A stretch of DNA of 64,000 nt, from NCBI GenBank assembly GCA_002633005.1, contig NMRA01000017.1, positions 454,260-518,259 of the forward strand. The letters run 5' to 3'. Positions 1-12,809 of the stretch are shown here, one piece after another (the first letter of the stretch is position 1; the number at the start of each line of letters is the position of its first letter). The notes beneath the pieces were generated by a model that searched no databases, was not told the origin of the DNA, and saw only the letters and a list, made by a program, of their open reading frames with translations. The position numbers were made by a program, and so were the translations under genes. The stretch is from Phoronis australis. Lineage: Eukaryota; Animalia; Phoronida.

Positions 1-185
1 ATCCAAATTTGTTCCTGACTTCTATGTTGGTCGTCCAACTTTCGTAAACAATAGTGACATTCAAAGGATTTATGCTGAAAGACTTTGGAAACGGTCCCTG
101 GTACTTGGTCTTCATATTGTAAGCCACTGCCATACCGGCCAGAGCTAGTCTCAGTGCGACATCTTGCTTGTCTCGAGTGTGTACC
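1..185 (-). CDS. SIAE: SIAE-A exon 9 (partial), catalytic His region
   Basis: (P)VHTRDKQDVALRLALAGMAVAYNMKTKYQGPFPKSF...; CAG acceptor at 186-188, phase 2. Confidence 0.9.
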
Positions 186-3100
186 CTGTGAAAAGAAAGT
201 TCCATGCAAGAACCCCCAAATTACAGATTGTCTAAGTAGTGAAGCAAAATAAGTATGATCGGTAAAACAGCAAGAGCTAAATGGTAACCTATAATTGCAA
301 TTATTACAATTAAAATTAATGCGTATTACTATTTGCATATGTCGCTGCAGCTGTAATATTGCACAAGATACCAAAATGAAAGGTGGACCACATTGTTTAT
401 GAAAAGTTTAGAGGCACCTACGGTCCATAGGGGGAGCCATAGTCAGCTATATCCACAGCCACAGACATGAAGACATTTTTCATCCTGGCATTTGGCACGT
501 AACCAACATCTGCTGTCTGATGCCAGCGAACGTCAGGGTAACCAGATGCGTTACTTCCAGCCTGTGTAGGACTGTCGTCTGGCCCAAGCTATAAATAACC
601 AAAAAACAAATGTAGCCATATTAAGCCATCACGGACAGTGCACTGGCATACCATTTAAATAAAAAGCAGCATGTGTTTATATTCCATCCCATCAACCTGA
701 CGCGACTTACTTTATGTTTTGCACAAAAGATTCACCTAAAGTAAAACGTTTTAAATTTATGCAAGTGCAAATTTGTGTGTAAAGTTAAACGACAATCACT
801 AAATTGGCAAATGTTGAAAACAAGAGAAATTAGCAATGCATAGTTAACGCACCTTGTTATCTGAAGATGCCCCACATAATACACATTTCATCTTTCACTG
901 TCCCACCTCTAGATTGTTGTCATAAGACCCAATCAGTCACAAATAAACTTGGTACATGACATTTACCTGCACAAAGCCAAAGGGGAACATGGAACTTGTC
1001 TGTCCATCAGAACCATCGTGAAACTTCTTCCGCCAATCATTGATCATGGCCGGGAAGGAACAATTGTACGTGTCAGGGTTGTCAGTGTTGGCTTCACCTG
1101 TGTAGACAGATATGATCACTACTAGTGAGACACAATCATTGGTCATAACCGGTAAGGAACAATTGTACGTGTCAGGGTTATCGGTGTTGGCGTCACCTGT
1201 GTAGACAGTTATGACCACTACCAGCGTGACACTTCTAAGTGATTAAAAATACTATCACTACAATTACCATTCATGATTATCTCTAAATGAATATTATAGC
1301 TTGATAATATGCTTCTGGGCTGACAGCAAACATCATTGCTATTGGATATTTTTGTAATGATAGCAAATATCAACCTGCAGATTGTCACTGCTATTGGATA
1401 CTTTTGTAGTAATAGTAAAGTACCAATCTGGAAACCGTCATTGCTCGTGGATATTATTGGAAAGAGAATGGACAAATGGGGATTGAAAGTGAAAATACTT
1501 TTAGAAAAATTGGATTTTTGAAAGGAGTGGATTAACCAATTAATCATAAATCAACTGAAATTTGTAAAGATCAGAATGCAACGCGCAATATCATAGAAGA
1601 CAATTCAAAGCTCTCCCTGTATTTACGGTAGTTGTTGAAATTTACTAAGAAGTGATTAAATCAAATTCTACAGAATACTTGTAGCAATATCTCAGTTTCA
1701 TGTGTCATGTCATGATTTAACGACAGAAAAGAGTAGGAACCAGCTGTTCCAAGGAAATGCAGGTATTGTAAATTGTGTTTAAAAGGCAAGGTCAAAGATA
1801 AGTACCATTTTCTGTCATAAAACACTGTAAAACCTTTAAGACAATGTGCATTACCAGAATCTTTAAGAGAAGACTGTAGTCCTTAACAGAAGCACACTGT
1901 ACTGTGATCCAATGAAGCACTAGTCTTAAATCAGATGGTAATTATACATGTCTTGGCAATGAAAACGTTTGTTGCAAGAGGTTTCGTTGTATGTTTTTTA
2001 TCTCTGTAGAACATGCATTTGTATTTATCGACGGTGTCAGATGGCAAAATTGTAAGATTATGTCTCCAAAAGGCTGGGGGGGGGGGCCGTGCAACCTGCA
2101 TGTTGTCAATACTACCGGACATTTTGTAATGATAGCATACATCAACCTGGAAATTGTCTTTGCTAGTCACTATTATTGTAATTCTAGCGAGTATCACGCT
2201 CCATATTGTCTATGGTACTGGCTATTTTTGTTATGATAACAAATATCAACCTGTATGTTATCATAGCTACTGCATATCATTGTCATGATTACAAATATCA
2301 ACCTGCATATTGACAGCAACTGGATACAACACTGCTATAACCACACTGAAAAACACAATTTGTACGAACGCAAGTTTCTAAGTATGTTTACTTTGTATTC
2401 AAGGAAAACTATGCAACGTTCATAATACGATCGCGAAAGTGGACTCTCGGACCACCACGATCATAAATTCAGTGTATATTAATTGCTTAGCTGACCTGTC
2501 TTACCGTAGCTTTCAAAGCGACATACCTTGGTACCAGAGGACTCCATAAATGGTCATGTTGAGGAATGGGTGAATCATGGAATTCCACAAGAGGGAGTGA
2601 CCAGTTGGAACGCCTTCCACATTGTAAAACTTCAAATTATTCGACTGGTAATGAGAGGTTTTCACCTAAAAGTAAACCTTATAATGTCAGAGTTCCAGTC
2701 ACAATGCACTTTCAGTGTAGATACTATACAAGATCATTATAAAACCTGATCAGACTTAACAGGATGTGAATGTATTTGACTTACGGAATATTCACGTCTG
2801 CATCAAGCCTTTGTTTACTTCCACTGAAGACTACCTTTTCCAACTACATTCAGCTGCTGTGCATATTATGCAGTTTTTATATTGATTATTGAAGACTCTT
2901 AAACTGCTTTTAAATTTGCTTGAAAAATCATTCTAGAATGAACAGTTAAGAGGGACTCCTTGCTCATTTTCTCTTAACATTAAATTCATATCAATCTTAA
3001 AATGCATTGCCTGCTCAACAAAACCATGTTATCTCTCTGTGATTTGTAGCAATGACCACAAGATGGCACAAGAGTTCTCATATTATTGATTTTGCAGTCA

Positions 3101-6100
3101 CTATGTCTCTTGGATATTTGATGTAAATACATAAACTAGGGCTCAAAACAACCAAACATTACTCCCAAAACTGTCATGACCAATCACGTGGCATGCTTCG
3201 AGTAAACATTCAACTTTCAAGCAAATGAATATGATTGGTTAATTGTTGGGTCAAGTTTGGTGACCTCAAGCTCGATAATGTTGTCAGATGAGCGAACATC
3301 AGTAAAGGTGCGTAGTAATTGACAATTGCAAGTGTCAGCATTCCAACAACACTTGCCTTCATAATGGAGTTCTGATCAACTTTTCCAAATACACGTACAA
3401 CAGTTATCAAAAACAGAAGATGATTATCTTTTCAAGAGAAAAATTTTTAGCTAATTTTTCAAAGATTTTCAGATACGTATACGGAGGCCACTTACCGGAT
3501 TCAGCTTTCCCAGGTCACACAGTGCCAAGGAGTCGGGCGAGGACCATACCTCCACTAGTGTGCCACCCCAGACTGGTTCTACTAGACCAATAGGGTATTT
3601 CAGCACATGATATATATGTCGGGCGTAGAGCCAACAAACTGCAGAGAACTGAGTCACACTGGCTGGAATGGAGCGATAAACACAGCACTGCTAAGGATTT
3701 CAGCTGTTGATTAGTCTATCAGACAGCAAACAGTCATGAACAATCAAAAGTGAAAGAATAAAAATGTTATAAGTCTGGTTGTGGAGAAAATTGGAGGACA
3801 AAAACCGTAATTGGCCAAAATACAAATTGTAAATGTCACATACTTGAAAACAAAATTAGAAATGCATGCACTCAAAACAATACCAGAAAAAAGGCATGGA
3901 ACGAGCAATTAAAGTTTTTACAATAGAATAATAATCAGGATCCTTAATACCCCATTCTCACCAAAAAATTATTTAACAATCACGCAAACTTTCCCCCATT
4001 CGGCCTTAAAACTACATTGCAATTGAAAAAATCCCCTAAAGACTGAAAACACTGTTTTAGAAATGAGGGTGGTGGTGCCCGGGAAGTGGAGTGGAATTGG
4101 GGGTGTTGGGGGGTGGGTATTTTCTCCCGGGGGCCCTCATAATTATGTACGATTGGGTAATGTGACATAGACAATTATTTGAAATGAAAATCAGCTGATG
4201 AGTATATCAAGTGGTAAATAAATAAATAAACATAAGAATTATTTTTGTGTGAAGTTAGTGGATAATTATACCTTGGAACAGTAACGAAGTGAAAACCACA
4301 GGTAACTGTCTGATTTTGATCAATTTCAGTGATGTAACACCAAACAATCAAGTTTTTAAAACATGGAAGAGACAACTTGACAAATGCTTTGATTGAATGG
4401 TAAGCCTTGGGGTGACAATCTAGGTCATGTGACTATCAATAAAGGGACAGTTGACAACTGGTCATGTGACTATCAATAAAGGGACAGTTGACAACTGGTC
4501 ATGTGACTCAATAAAGGGACAGTTGACAACTGGTCATGTGACTATCAATAAAGGGACAGTTGACAACTGGTCATGTGACTATCAATAAAGTGACAGTTGA
4601 CGACTGGTCATGTGACTATCAATAAAGGCCCATTTGACAACTTGTCATGTGACTATCAACAAAAGGACAGTTGACAACTGGTCATGTGACTATCAACAAA
4701 GGAACATTTGACAACTGATCACACCCTTTCACATGTGTGCAAATTGTAAGCTTTTAGAGGCAGAAAGCCATGGATCGTGGATTTACTTAATAAAAGGTAC
4801 ATTTCCCACGTCATTATAAGTATGTCAAAACAACAAACAGCTTTTAACTAACCTCAATACCATTCTTTTACTGTAGCATTCTGGCATATTTGTAATGGTT
4901 GACATTGTAAATAAGTTCAACAAATATATGCAAAAATAAAAAAGATACAACAGGTCTTTCCATCTTGATTGTTTTCACCTCAAAATATTTTTGTATGGCT
5001 TCTGGTAGTTACGTAAAGTGTTGTTTTAAACACTCTTGGAAATGGCGATTATTTGTAACAGGCACTCAGACAGCTTTGTTTGACTCACATTTGGAGGACT
5101 CTGACCATTTCTCCTGGATACTGATCAAGTCAAAGTACGGCACTTTTCCGACTACTTCTGATGGTATAAACACTCGGATATCCGGGTAGTTGTCAGCACT
5201 GGCAATCTCAGCTGTAGCATTATTCAGCTGAATAAAAGTACAGTTGAAGATGGGGTTTACTTGTTTAGACGTGTGACTGGAACTTCTTCACAAAATCGTC
5301 CTTGTTTTTACGTCTACACAGTCATATGCATTGTAGGAAATTGATCATAAGCCCCGCCCACTTTGACACTTCTCATATTTGTGGCCATACATGAAGCAAT
5401 TTAGCTTATTAACTTAATTAGCATAATTGACTTTTGAAATGTCAAGACACACAGTCTGTTATATCTTGACATTTCCACTGCAACAGGAAAACAAAAAAGA
5501 CACATGACTGCGTAAAACATCTTGTGGGTAGCTGTTTAACTTATGAAATGCTATTTTGACATTTCACTAGAATAGTGGCTAGGACTCAGCACGTGTAAGA
5601 TTGAGGCATTATAACAGTCATACAGAATAATGGCAGAGACAAAACATATGTTATAAGTTTAGAGGATTAACAAATCGTGAGAAATATCATTCACTTATAC
5701 CAAGCCAGGAACAGTTTTCGAGCGTCATGCTTACGTGGCTCATAGGGAAATACATGTTACTCTGGCCACTGCAGATCCACACATCACCAAACATTACGTT
5801 GTCGATAGAGATTTTCTCCCCTGTCTTAGCATCCTTGACCTTGAGTGTATATGGACCACCTGCAGGTGTTGCTTCCAACAGGAAACTCCAGACTCCAGTC
5901 ACACTAGCAAATGTAGGATAGTAACCTAGAAATAATTAGGGATAAATCATAATAAAATTAGAATTGAACAGAATTTTAACAACAAGGTTATATTGTAAAA
6001 TGGAATATATCCAACATGGCTTTAGATAACTAACACAATGTAAAGACAATAAACCTATATATCACCAATACAATTCACTGATGATCACCATACCGTAAAT

Positions 6101-9100
6101 AATACATTTACAAAGTCATGCATTTCTAAAGATATGCGGGAATTTTCACCGCTCGTCCTTCTGAGCAGCTTTTACCGGATCAAAGAGAGCGCGGCGCCGG
6201 AGTCCCGGACACAGTTGTGATGACCCCATTGTCCGGTGCGAGCAAGACCCAATTAAGAGTAATTACCCAACCATCCACTGTAGTAATCATCTCTGCCTGT
6301 ACATATTGGAGAATTTTCAAAGTGCATTAATCACTAATTTTCGTTAAAAACTAACACCACGGTGGAATTCAGCTGGAAAAAACAACCAAGTACGGTTTTT
6401 GATTTTTAAAAGTCGATGAACTAAAAAGCTAAAAACTACAAACATTGGGTGCGGTTGACTTAAGGTAAGTGACCGTGCACATACTGATATACTCAGTGGC
6501 TTTACAAACACCAATCAGAATTAACAATATCACATGGATTATTCTTTTAATATCCTTTCAGTCTCATTTAACCAGATTTTTTACTAGGAAACAGTTGTTC
6601 TTAACTTGTGCCCACTCCACTGACAACGAAAAAGCTAGAATAGTTATGTAATCTGTGCAACTGAAATTGTCCAGAGATTCAAAATCTTCAGTTTGGCCAT
6701 CACCAAATTTGCACTTTTGTATATGGTTTATGATTTGAGTTCTAATAAAGCTTAACCTTGAACTGCAAGTGTAGTTTTGTTTGCCATGAAATGTTTTGTG
6801 TTAAGTAGCTGTAACCTGGAAAATTCAGGGATGGGTTCACAATTTATTAAATTAATTAAGTTTCGCTGGCGATTAAAATCTACCACTGTTTTGGTACTTC
6901 GAGTTCAAATTAAACAAGTAGACATGAGTATTACAAATGACATACTGAAAACCTGTATGAAGCATATTTAAAACCACCGTTCCTTAGGGAAGTGGCCCTT
7001 TGTCAAAAAAAACACAAAATAACATTTTGTTATATTTAAAATGTACCAAGTTAAAACTACTCTCCACAGTTGCAGGCTACAACTTACTAAATGCAAATGC
7101 CAGAGAAAAACAATTTGAGTGTAATAACAACCTCCATTGTTTAGAAAGTAGTGCTAGTGATTACCTTTCCACTTCATTAGCTCAGATCTACATCAATACA
7201 AAGGGCGTATCTGGAGCTCAATCTGAGCAGTGACCAGTGTAAGTGGGAAATTCTCCACATGCTACAGATATTCATATTGCAGTATTAGTAAAATTAAGAT
7301 TTTTCAACTTCAGCATGTTTCTATGTCTCAAACATCATCATGAGGACAAGCAATCGAAGCCATCTAATAATCTTGACTCACACAGTAGCGCTATCACCAT
7401 GCACCATAGCAACAAAACATCAAAGACAATTCAGGTGAAACTACTGGACGCCTTAAAACCCAAGCTAAAGAACATTTAAGTAGGTACTGACAATAGTTCT
7501 CACATTAATGACCACATGCAGAGATCCAGCCACTGTAACACTGAATGCACATTCAGCAAATCCTTTATTATTCTGATCATGCCGAAACAACAAAGGAACA
7601 GCTCAAAATCCATGAGTCAATTCACACCAGCTGGCTCAAGCCTGAACTGAATATTAAGCAGCTGACACACAGTAGGCTGTCACTTGTCTTATGAACTGTC
7701 TTTGATGTTTTGCTACTGTGATGCGTGATGATAGCTTTACTGTACACTGTGTGATCAATATTGTTAGATGGCCTTGATTGCTTGTCAAACGTCATCATCA
7801 AGATGACATTTGAGACATCGAAACATGTTGAAGTTGAAAAATATTGTTTCTATAATGCCGTGTTATTCAAATTGTTAGCAAGTCATGCTATTTCTTTCTA
7901 AACATTACAATGACAAAGCAAGTATGTTTTGAAACTCAAAGTGTGTGCAAAACAAGAGTCATCACCGGACAAGTTACATAATACATAGGAACTTGACCTG
8001 TACCGCAGCCATGTGTACTTCGTCAATAGTGATGTCCTGTACCGCGGCCATGTGTACTTCATCATGACTTCAGGGCAATAAAATATGCATGGAGTAAATT
8101 AAATTATCGTAGACTAAAACTGGTGATTTTTGGATCAGTTTTTACTTCTGACATTGAATCCACATGAAAAGTCATATGTTAGAATCATTTTTTTTTGAAG
8201 AAACACAATAATTATTAGCTAAAAATGATGTCATTTTTTCTGTTTACAAGTGGTTTTTGACTTTTGCGATCTAACAAAAGATCGTGAGAACACTTAACAA
8301 TAGACAAGGTTGCTATCTGACCTAGGAAATGGCTTTCATCTCTGATTGAAACAGAACGGAGGATATTTGTGACACCTTGTCTTCATTCATGTTATTTGTT
8401 TTGGGACAGTGTACTGGGAAGTCACTCAAAGCCAGCACAAGTTGTAACTTTAATATTTTGGGGCCAATTTTGACTGAGGCATCACAAATGAGTTGTGGAC
8501 ATATTTTACAATGAAGACAGATTCCCCAAACAGAACACCGAAAAAAGGTAAAAACGGCAATGTTCAGCTCTTGATATTTTTTGCTGAATCCAGAACTGTG
8601 AAACACGCTGATGTAGACAGCTGTCTTCACAATGTTTCGTTGCCTATAGTGTGTTTAAACATACTTGAGTTTGCATTCCTTCCAAGGTGTTCCTGGCAAG
8701 GATGCAAACTCAAATATCAGTTTAAACACGCTACAGGCTTCAAAACACTAGAAGACAGCTGATACATCAGCTTGTTTCACAGTTCTGGATACAAACAATG
8801 TTTCAGTTAAGTCAAGCAAGATTGGTTTACAGTAACCAAACCCAGAGAGGGTGTCCACGCTCAGCATGACGCCGTCTCCACTTACACAACAGACAACTGC
8901 ACTAAGTAACCAATGTAACTACGCCCACCAGATTGGTTTTCAAATTCACCATATCCGCTCAATGTTCTTTATGTTCCTAGACGCTCATTATACACACCAG
9001 TTTTGACAATTGTAGAGGCATTTTTCACTTGCCCACTTCCAGCTGGTGTCATGGTGAGGGTCAGCTTGTTGCCCACTGTGCCCACACCCCAGACTTTGGC

Positions 9101-10234
9101 TTGTTTTGGGGCCTTCTGAAGCACCATGTTACTGCCATAGTACGAAGCAAAGGCCAGCGGACTGTCAGCTGAAAAAAGTAACTGTACGGTCAATGTACAC
9201 ACATTATATTCCTTACCCATGAATGAATAAGTTCCCAACTCCAGGACAAATTAACCCATTGCCTGAGCACTGTGACTGTTGATGTAAGATTCGTGAAAAA
9301 ACACTAAGTCAAACAGGTGAGCAGAACTACCTGGGCAGTGTGAAATTTCAGTTCAAGGCATGAGGAACCTACTCCATGTACACCTATGTCAAATTGTTGA
9401 CTTGGATGTCTCTTTATAAAAAATCCTTGATCCGACCCCCCACCCTTTTAAAAACTCCTGTATGTAATCCTTAAAGGACACGTCATTATGTGAGTGATGA
9501 CTGAGAAAATAAAACATGTTAAACAACATGCATGAAAACAGTTATGTGCAGATAAAAGCTTGGATTACCAAAACTTAAATTATCTCCCTTTCAGCTTCTG
9601 CTTCTGGTCTAAAATATGCAAATTATCGGTCATCTGGCTAAAAAAGTAATGACCTTCATCATAATAGCCTTAAGTTTCAAAGAAAATGTGCCAATCAATG
9701 GACAATTGTTAACATGTACCTTAAAAAAATCCACTGATAATAGGATTGAACCTACTTACTAACTTAATTGCAATAGTAAAACATGATCCGAAAGAACGTT
9801 AAAAGGGCAATGACTATGTTTATTTGACAATAATTGACACGTACTAGCAAGTAGTAAACTTGCTAACTCTAGTAAAACTTCCCTCAAAAGTTTGCTCCGG
9901 CTCCCGTAGCTAATTCACTACAGTTTGGCAAAACACACGTGAGGACTACCAGTCTAGTGTGGCAGCACTAGGCTGATGAATCGGCTACTAGTATGCTGAC
10001 TAGACAAGTCATGTGATGCTGAGCTGACCAGGCAATGTATGAATGTATGCCTTCGGCTTCGGCACAGTCATCACCCGCATTCGTGTCCAACACCCACACG
10101 TCAGAATTAAGACGACTGAACAAACAATCACAGTAAAGATTAATACATTACAATGCGCAAGTATGCCTACCTGTGTAACTCTGAGCAGATAGCAAGCTGG
10201 TGAAAAGACAAAATGCATAAAGAAATGCATTCAT
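1..10234 (-). CDS. SIAE: SIAE-A: sialate O-acetylesterase-like paralog, 3' end beyond window
   Basis: Exons 10171-10234, 8998-9168, 5735-5925, 5089-5227, 3496-3662, 2527-2665, 967-1097, 422-588, <1-185. Intron phases match SIAE-B. Motifs [39 protein letters not shown]. No stops in the spliced frame. Confidence 0.92.
422..588 (-). CDS. SIAE: SIAE-A exon 8
   Basis: [55 protein letters not shown]; TAG/GTAGGT, 167 nt. Confidence 0.92.
967..1097 (-). CDS. SIAE: SIAE-A exon 7
   Basis: GEANTDNPDTYNCSFPAMINDWRKKFHDGSDGQTSSMFPFGFVQ; CAG/GTAAAT. Confidence 0.9.
1037..1234. repeat. 99-bp tandem duplication of the SIAE-A exon 7 acceptor and 5' part
   Basis: Two copies of ...gtctacacag|gtga(a/c)gccaacac..gacacgtacaattgttcc, offset by 99 nt. 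Confidence 0.85.
2527..2665 (-). CDS. SIAE: SIAE-A exon 6
   Basis: VKTSHYQSNNLKFYNVEGVPTGHSLLWNSMIHPFLNMTIYGVLWYQ; phase-0 TAG acceptor, GTATGT donor. Confidence 0.88.
3496..3662 (-). CDS. SIAE: SIAE-A exon 5
   Basis: [55 protein letters not shown]; GTAAGT phase-0 donor. Confidence 0.92.
4423..4716. repeat. 37-bp minisatellite, ~8 copies
   Basis: Unit ggtcatgtgactatcaataaagggacagttgacaact. Confidence 0.95.
5089..5227 (-). CDS. SIAE: SIAE-A exon 4
   Basis: LNNATAEIASADNYPDIRVFIPSEVVGKVPYFDLISIQEKWSESSK; CAG/GTGAGT, 139 nt. Confidence 0.9.
5735..5925 (-). CDS. SIAE: SIAE-A exon 3 (catalytic Ser, GQSNM)
   Basis: [30 protein letters not shown]...FGDVWICSGQSNMYFPMSH; TAG/GTAAGC. Confidence 0.93.
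7200..7850 (+). mobile_element. Degenerate Penelope-like element 3' fragment (GIY-YIG endonuclease)
   Basis: GETTGRLKTQAKEHL (YIGET..L.TR..EH-like) at ~7434 and LKIHESIHTSWLKPELN at ~7600; frames broken. Confidence 0.65.
8998..9168 (-). CDS. SIAE: SIAE-A exon 2
   Basis: [57 protein letters not shown]; phase 1-1. Confidence 0.9.
10171..10234 (-). CDS. SIAE: SIAE-A exon 1 (signal peptide)
   Basis: MNAFLYAFCLFTSLLSAQSYT then G|GTAGGC; hydrophobic, and phase 1 matches exon 2. Confidence 0.75.
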
Positions 10235-10369
10235 CTTGAAACTCTTCTCCTAGCCTTGGTGTATTAGCGCCATCTACCGAGCTTAGTTCCGTCTCAGCGC
10301 ACAGACGGTCACCAGCGCAACGGCCAAGTTCGGGTCACTGCGTGACTGAGGGCGGGACGAGTCATCGAT

Positions 10370-11550
10370 CTCAACTTGAAGCCTGGCTGTGGTTAAGCGG
10401 ACAAGACTAAAATTACGAATAATCTAAAACGGCTCACATATGTACGCATTTCATGTGACTTGAGTAGCTCACTTATTCGGAAAAAATTCGAGATCAGATG
10501 GGTGGTATTTTTTTACCGGAGATTAAAAATAATTGGTAATTCCTACTGGCGCCAAATATTTGGAAGTATGACATCTTTTTACAAGAAAATAATTGTTGCA
10601 AGTAAGGAGGACTTTTTGAATCAACCTTTGTGGTTTAATAGTAACTTGGCGATCGGAGGCACAAGTGTTTTTTATAAGCCTGGGTTTGTAAGAGGCTTAA
10701 GATTTATTAGAGATATGTATACCTCTGATGGTGATTTCGTTAGTTTGAACCACATGAAAAATAAGTTCGATGTAAAAACCAACTTTGTAGAATATAATGG
10801 TGTTCTTTCCGTTCTAAGAACGTTTCAAAAAAGTCTACTTCAAAGTAAATTCAAAAGTGTTAATGTCTACGCTCCTTGCATGCCTTTAGCAATCACTCAC
10901 TTACGGAAAAATTTGAAGGGTTGTAGACATATTATTTCAGTCTTTAGCGAAACCTTCTAACTCAGCGTGTAAATGCGAAATAGAGTTGGAAGAAAATATA
11001 CGCATTGCTTTATGAAATTACAAAGGATCCCAACATTACAACTATACAGGATTATTGCAACAAATGCCTTTTTAGTCAAAATCCGAGTTCGGGATTCTAA
11101 TTTATGTTCCTTTTGTAATAAAGCTCCAGAGACGCTGCCATACCTTTTTTGGGAATGTGGCATTGTACAAGATTTCTGGAAGGAATTCGGACTCAGCTTC
11201 CCAACGGTGTCTCTTGCGATCGAGTTATTCTTGAACTTTACGAGACGCATGATTTTCTTTTTAACATTTTGCTTCTAATAGCCAAACAGTACATTTACAA
11301 GGAGAGATGTCACAAAAATATACCTGATTTTCACAGGTTTATTACATATACTTATGAGTACTATAATGCTGAAAAATTAATTGCATGTAAAAACTTTGTA
11401 TATGACAGCTTCTCTGCGAAAATACTTAACTACATGTAGAAGTTATTTACTTTAATCGAGATACGAGAATGGTCTTTCCTGAGGTGTGCATGCGTGAATG
11501 AATGGGTGTACTTATTTGTTTGTTTGTTTTTGTTGATAATAAATTCTTTA
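10370..11550 (+). mobile_element. 5'-truncated L1/Tx1-type non-LTR retrotransposon 3' fragment (pseudogenic)
   Basis: NQPLWFNSNL, YRIIATNAFL, LCSFCNKAPETLPYLFWEC (degenerate C-terminal zinc finger), NILLLIAKQYIYK; several frameshifts. Confidence 0.85.
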
Positions 11551-12129
11551 AAAAATGATGTAAATCCCAAAACTGGGGTTAGCATTTCAACTTCGACAGC
11601 TAAAGCGACACCGAAAACTGCTTCCTACCGTACTCACAAATGTGTGCAAAGGAAATGTGACTGTCATATATATCTTGACATGTTGGTTTCAGTTTTAGAT
11701 TAAACTTCGTTAGCCTAGTGGCTGTCCGTCAGTATAAGCCATGTCTGTAAAGTTTATCGTGTTGTATCGTAAGTTCACAGAATATGAAATAAATAGAGCA
11801 AATAACTTGGAAAATTATTACAGCTTCGTTTGTACATATTCCAGATGATGCCGGTTTTTAGTTCTTTTTTTTTCTTGGCCAATGACCACGCTGGCAGTCT
11901 GAGGAAAACGGCTGAGTGTCACTCGAATACATTAAAGAGGCCTGGAACACGATAAGCAGACAAACTTGCAATATAGAATGTGGCTCTCTGCCAATGAAAC
12001 AGAATTCAACCAGCTCATGAGGAACTTTTAGGATTTGTTCGTAAAGATTTTTAATTTCTGTTGGTATCAAAGCATTTTCTTTTAGTTTCAATTAAAAAAA
12101 AACGATCTGTCAAGTGCTCGTCGCTTAGT

Positions 12130-12430
12130 CGGTTTTTCTCCCACGAGGCAAAGCACGTCTCCTTATTTGGTATGGCATGACATAGACGTAACACATCTCC
12201 CTGATATGGAAAATGTGACCTTTGACTTCAAGCGACTTCAAGCAACTGACTGCAGTGAGCGCATGAGCGCAAGTGGGAGGGATACTAGAAATTCTGTCGT
12301 AACCACAGAGATTCTCCACACAGAGGAAAGGGAATTACTCTGTGCAAGACGTTGCGACTCGGAGATGGTACTTTCCTCAGGAATTGTTTAAAAGATATTT
12401 TTGACGAGCTTTCGCGTTCCATGCATCTTT
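12130..12430. repeat. Dispersed repeat also present at ~60480-61045
   Basis: Shared blocks atatggaaaatgtgacc, gtgagcgcatg.gcgca, caggaattgtttaaaagatatt.ttga.gag.tttcgcgttccat. Confidence 0.6.
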
Positions 12431-12809
12431 AGCGTGAACACGAATCGACTCAAACTTCGCGATCAAGGGAGGACGGCAACATCGGCTTACCCGGTTGAGT
12501 GTAAACATTGTCCAACTACAACATACCGACCGTACGGTCCGGTTTCTGAAAGTGCTTGTCAAGAAGGGCGCTGTTTGAGACAATGACTGACATTAGATTG
12601 AGCCGGATATTTACGGTTGTTAGCCACTGGTTGGATATATATCTATCTGTGAGATTTTTAGTAATTTGCATTCATGATTCAAAGATGCCTGGCCGATTTT
12701 TATACTTATTGGCATGACCTCAGAGACTACACCAGTTTAGCCTAGTATCTAATTCCGAGAGAGGCATAGCCTGAAAAACGCGGCCGACCGCATGGTAAAG
12801 TTGTCGCGT

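Noticed and set aside
4423-4716. CRISPR-like 37-bp repeats
   Set aside because: Head-to-tail units without unique spacers, in a eukaryotic intron.
7790-7835. Hammerhead ribozyme in the Penelope fragment (aagatgac...atcgaaac)
   Set aside because: The CUGANGA core is not intact; at most a decayed remnant.
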